In this document: in pieces, positions 36,566 through 37,821 of the stretch
Position numbering within the stretch: the first letter of the stretch is position 1
Layout: every line of letters starts with the position of its first letter
Assembly: GCA_037441155.1 (NCBI GenBank)
Contig: JBBISQ010000008.1
Span: 1-37,821, forward strand
Length of the DNA stretch: 37,821 bases
From: Candidatus Fraserbacteria bacterium
GTDB lineage: Bacteria; Bipolaricaulota; Bipolaricaulia; RBG-16-55-9; DRXL01
Reading direction: 5' to 3'
Notes under the pieces: model-generated
Seen by the model: only the letters and a program-made list of their open reading frames with translations
Told to the model about the DNA's origin: nothing
Databases searched by the model: none
Translations under genes and position numbers: made by a program

Positions 36566-37818
36566 TCACACGACGGGACTTCTTGCGAGCAAGCATCGGA
36601 GCAGCAGTGACCCTGTGGGGTTCAGGATATTCGGGCAGAGCGCAGACGCAGCCCATCCGCATCGGCCATCAGCTCGACCGAACGGGGGCTGTCGCCCTCT
36701 TTGGCACGTGGCACAACCGAGCCCTTGACGCAGCGATAAAGCTCGTCAACGAGCAGCGCGGGATCAACGGGCGCCCCGTCGAATTAGTCAATTCTGACGA
36801 CGCCCAGACCAAGCCCGACGTCGGAAAAGACGAATTCGAAAAACTCGTCACCCAGAAGAGGGCTGATTTCGTGATCGGCTCGGTCTTCTCCGGGACGAAC
36901 ATCGCCACGGCTCCCTTAGCGAAGGCGTTGAAGACCGTCTACTTCCCTCAGGGGATCGCGACTGACATCACTGAAAGATTCGGGAATCGCTATGTTCTTA
37001 AGAGCTATCACACCGTGCGCGCTGCCATTGAAGCGGCGCACGAGTGGGTCTTTGCCAATCTGGGCAAGCGCTTTACTATAGTACACTCCGTGATCGATTT
37101 AGGGCGCTCGCAGGCTGAAGATTGGGCCGAGAAGGTCCGCGCCGCCGGCGGGGAAGCCCAGCTCATCCCTGTGCCCTTTCCCGCACCGAGCGATCTCTTC
37201 TCGGTCATCCAAAAGATCGATCTCTCGAAGACCGACGTGCTCTATCACGCGTTCACAGCCGTAGAGACGGCGCGCTTCTTGCAAGCTGCGTTCGATCAGA
37301 ATTTCCAGAGCCGTGTGAAGATCCTTGGGCTTATTGAGGGCATAGACGTTCTCAGCACGGCGGAGCCGTGGCTGGAAGGGACGTATTTTATCTCCGGGTA
37401 TCCGCGGCGGGCCGACCAAGTCCCTGAAGAGCTGCGCGACTTTGATCGAGAGTATCGGCGGCGCGTGGGGATCAGCGCTGAGGGCTTTTCGATGGAAAAC
37501 CCCCGCGACGTCGTCCCAATTGCCGATCTCTTCGGGTCTTGGCAGGCAGTCTTCTTGCTCAAGCAAGCCGCAGAATTGGTGAACTGGCGCAGCAAGACAG
37601 ATAACCCGGCGCTCATCCAAGCTTTAGAGGGGCTGACGATGCCCGCAAGCGTCGGCTTTCCCCAGGGAGCGCAGTTCCTCAGAGCGCAAGATCACTTGGT
37701 TTTTCACGATCACTATATCGAGCGCGTCGAGAACGGGAAGCTCACAGTCCTCGCGCGCATCCCCAAAGAGAAGTCGCTCTACAAGACGAGGTCGGATTAC
37801 ACGAAAGAAGAGTTTTGA
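36562..37818 (+). CDS. ABC transporter substrate-binding protein (LivJ/K-like), Tat-exported
   Basis: TRRDFL twin-arginine signal, PIRIG, GINGRPVEL, VIGSVFSG; ATGA-coupled to TetR. Confidence 0.85.
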   Translation: MITRRDFLRASIGAAVTLWGSGYSGRAQTQPIRIGHQLDRTGAVALFGTWHNRALDAAIKLVNEQRGINGRPVELVNSDDAQTKPDVGKDEFEKLVTQKRADFVIGSVFSGTNIATAPLAKALKTVYFPQGIATDITERFGNRYVLKSYHTVRAAIEAAHEWVFANLGKRFTIVHSVIDLGRSQAEDWAEKVRAAGGEAQLIPVPFPAPSDLFSVIQKIDLSKTDVLYHAFTAVETARFLQAAFDQNFQSRVKILGLIEGIDVLSTAEPWLEGTYFISGYPRRADQVPEELRDFDREYRRRVGISAEGFSMENPRDVVPIADLFGSWQAVFLLKQAAELVNWRSKTDNPALIQALEGLTMPASVGFPQGAQFLRAQDHLVFHDHYIERVENGKLTVLARIPKEKSLYKTRSDYTKEEF

Positions 37819-37821
37819 CCC

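Noticed and set aside
1-37821. CRISPR arrays, IS elements, prophage or defence genes
   Set aside because: No regularly spaced repeats or transposase, integrase, cas or phage motifs were found by eye.

Overview
GC-rich bacterial chromosome segment from a diderm organism. The gene set and the absence of lpx genes next to bamA suggest a deep-branching lineage such as Bipolaricaulota/Acetothermia, but that assignment is inference only. Most of the window is housekeeping: yifB/comM-bamA-skp-fabZ-ftcD, a partial dcw cluster (murD, ftsW, murG, murC, murB, ftsQ, ftsA, ftsZ), lspA-tmk-dnaN, fadD-PPTase, fabL-mutS2, a COG2403 (arginine synthetase ArcE-like) gene, tRNA-Glu(CTC), infC-rpmI-rplT, pgsA, ggt, and a TetR with an ABC substrate-binding protein. 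The standout region is about 25.3-31.6 kb, which looks like a c-di-GMP-controlled surface-fibre module. A c-di-GMP-I riboswitch has a P1 stem covering the RBS region of a secreted pilin-like Ig subunit. It is followed by a 107-aa ribbon-helix-helix + MshEN fusion (candidate c-di-GMP-sensing transcription factor) and a PapD/DUF916-like chaperone with an archaeal-type dockerin. Beyond an intervening HU gene lies a 1172-aa usher-like surface protein. Also noted: a REP-like palindrome read in-frame inside murG, long gene overlaps, and several probable leaderless genes. All calls come from motif recognition by eye; no database searches were run.
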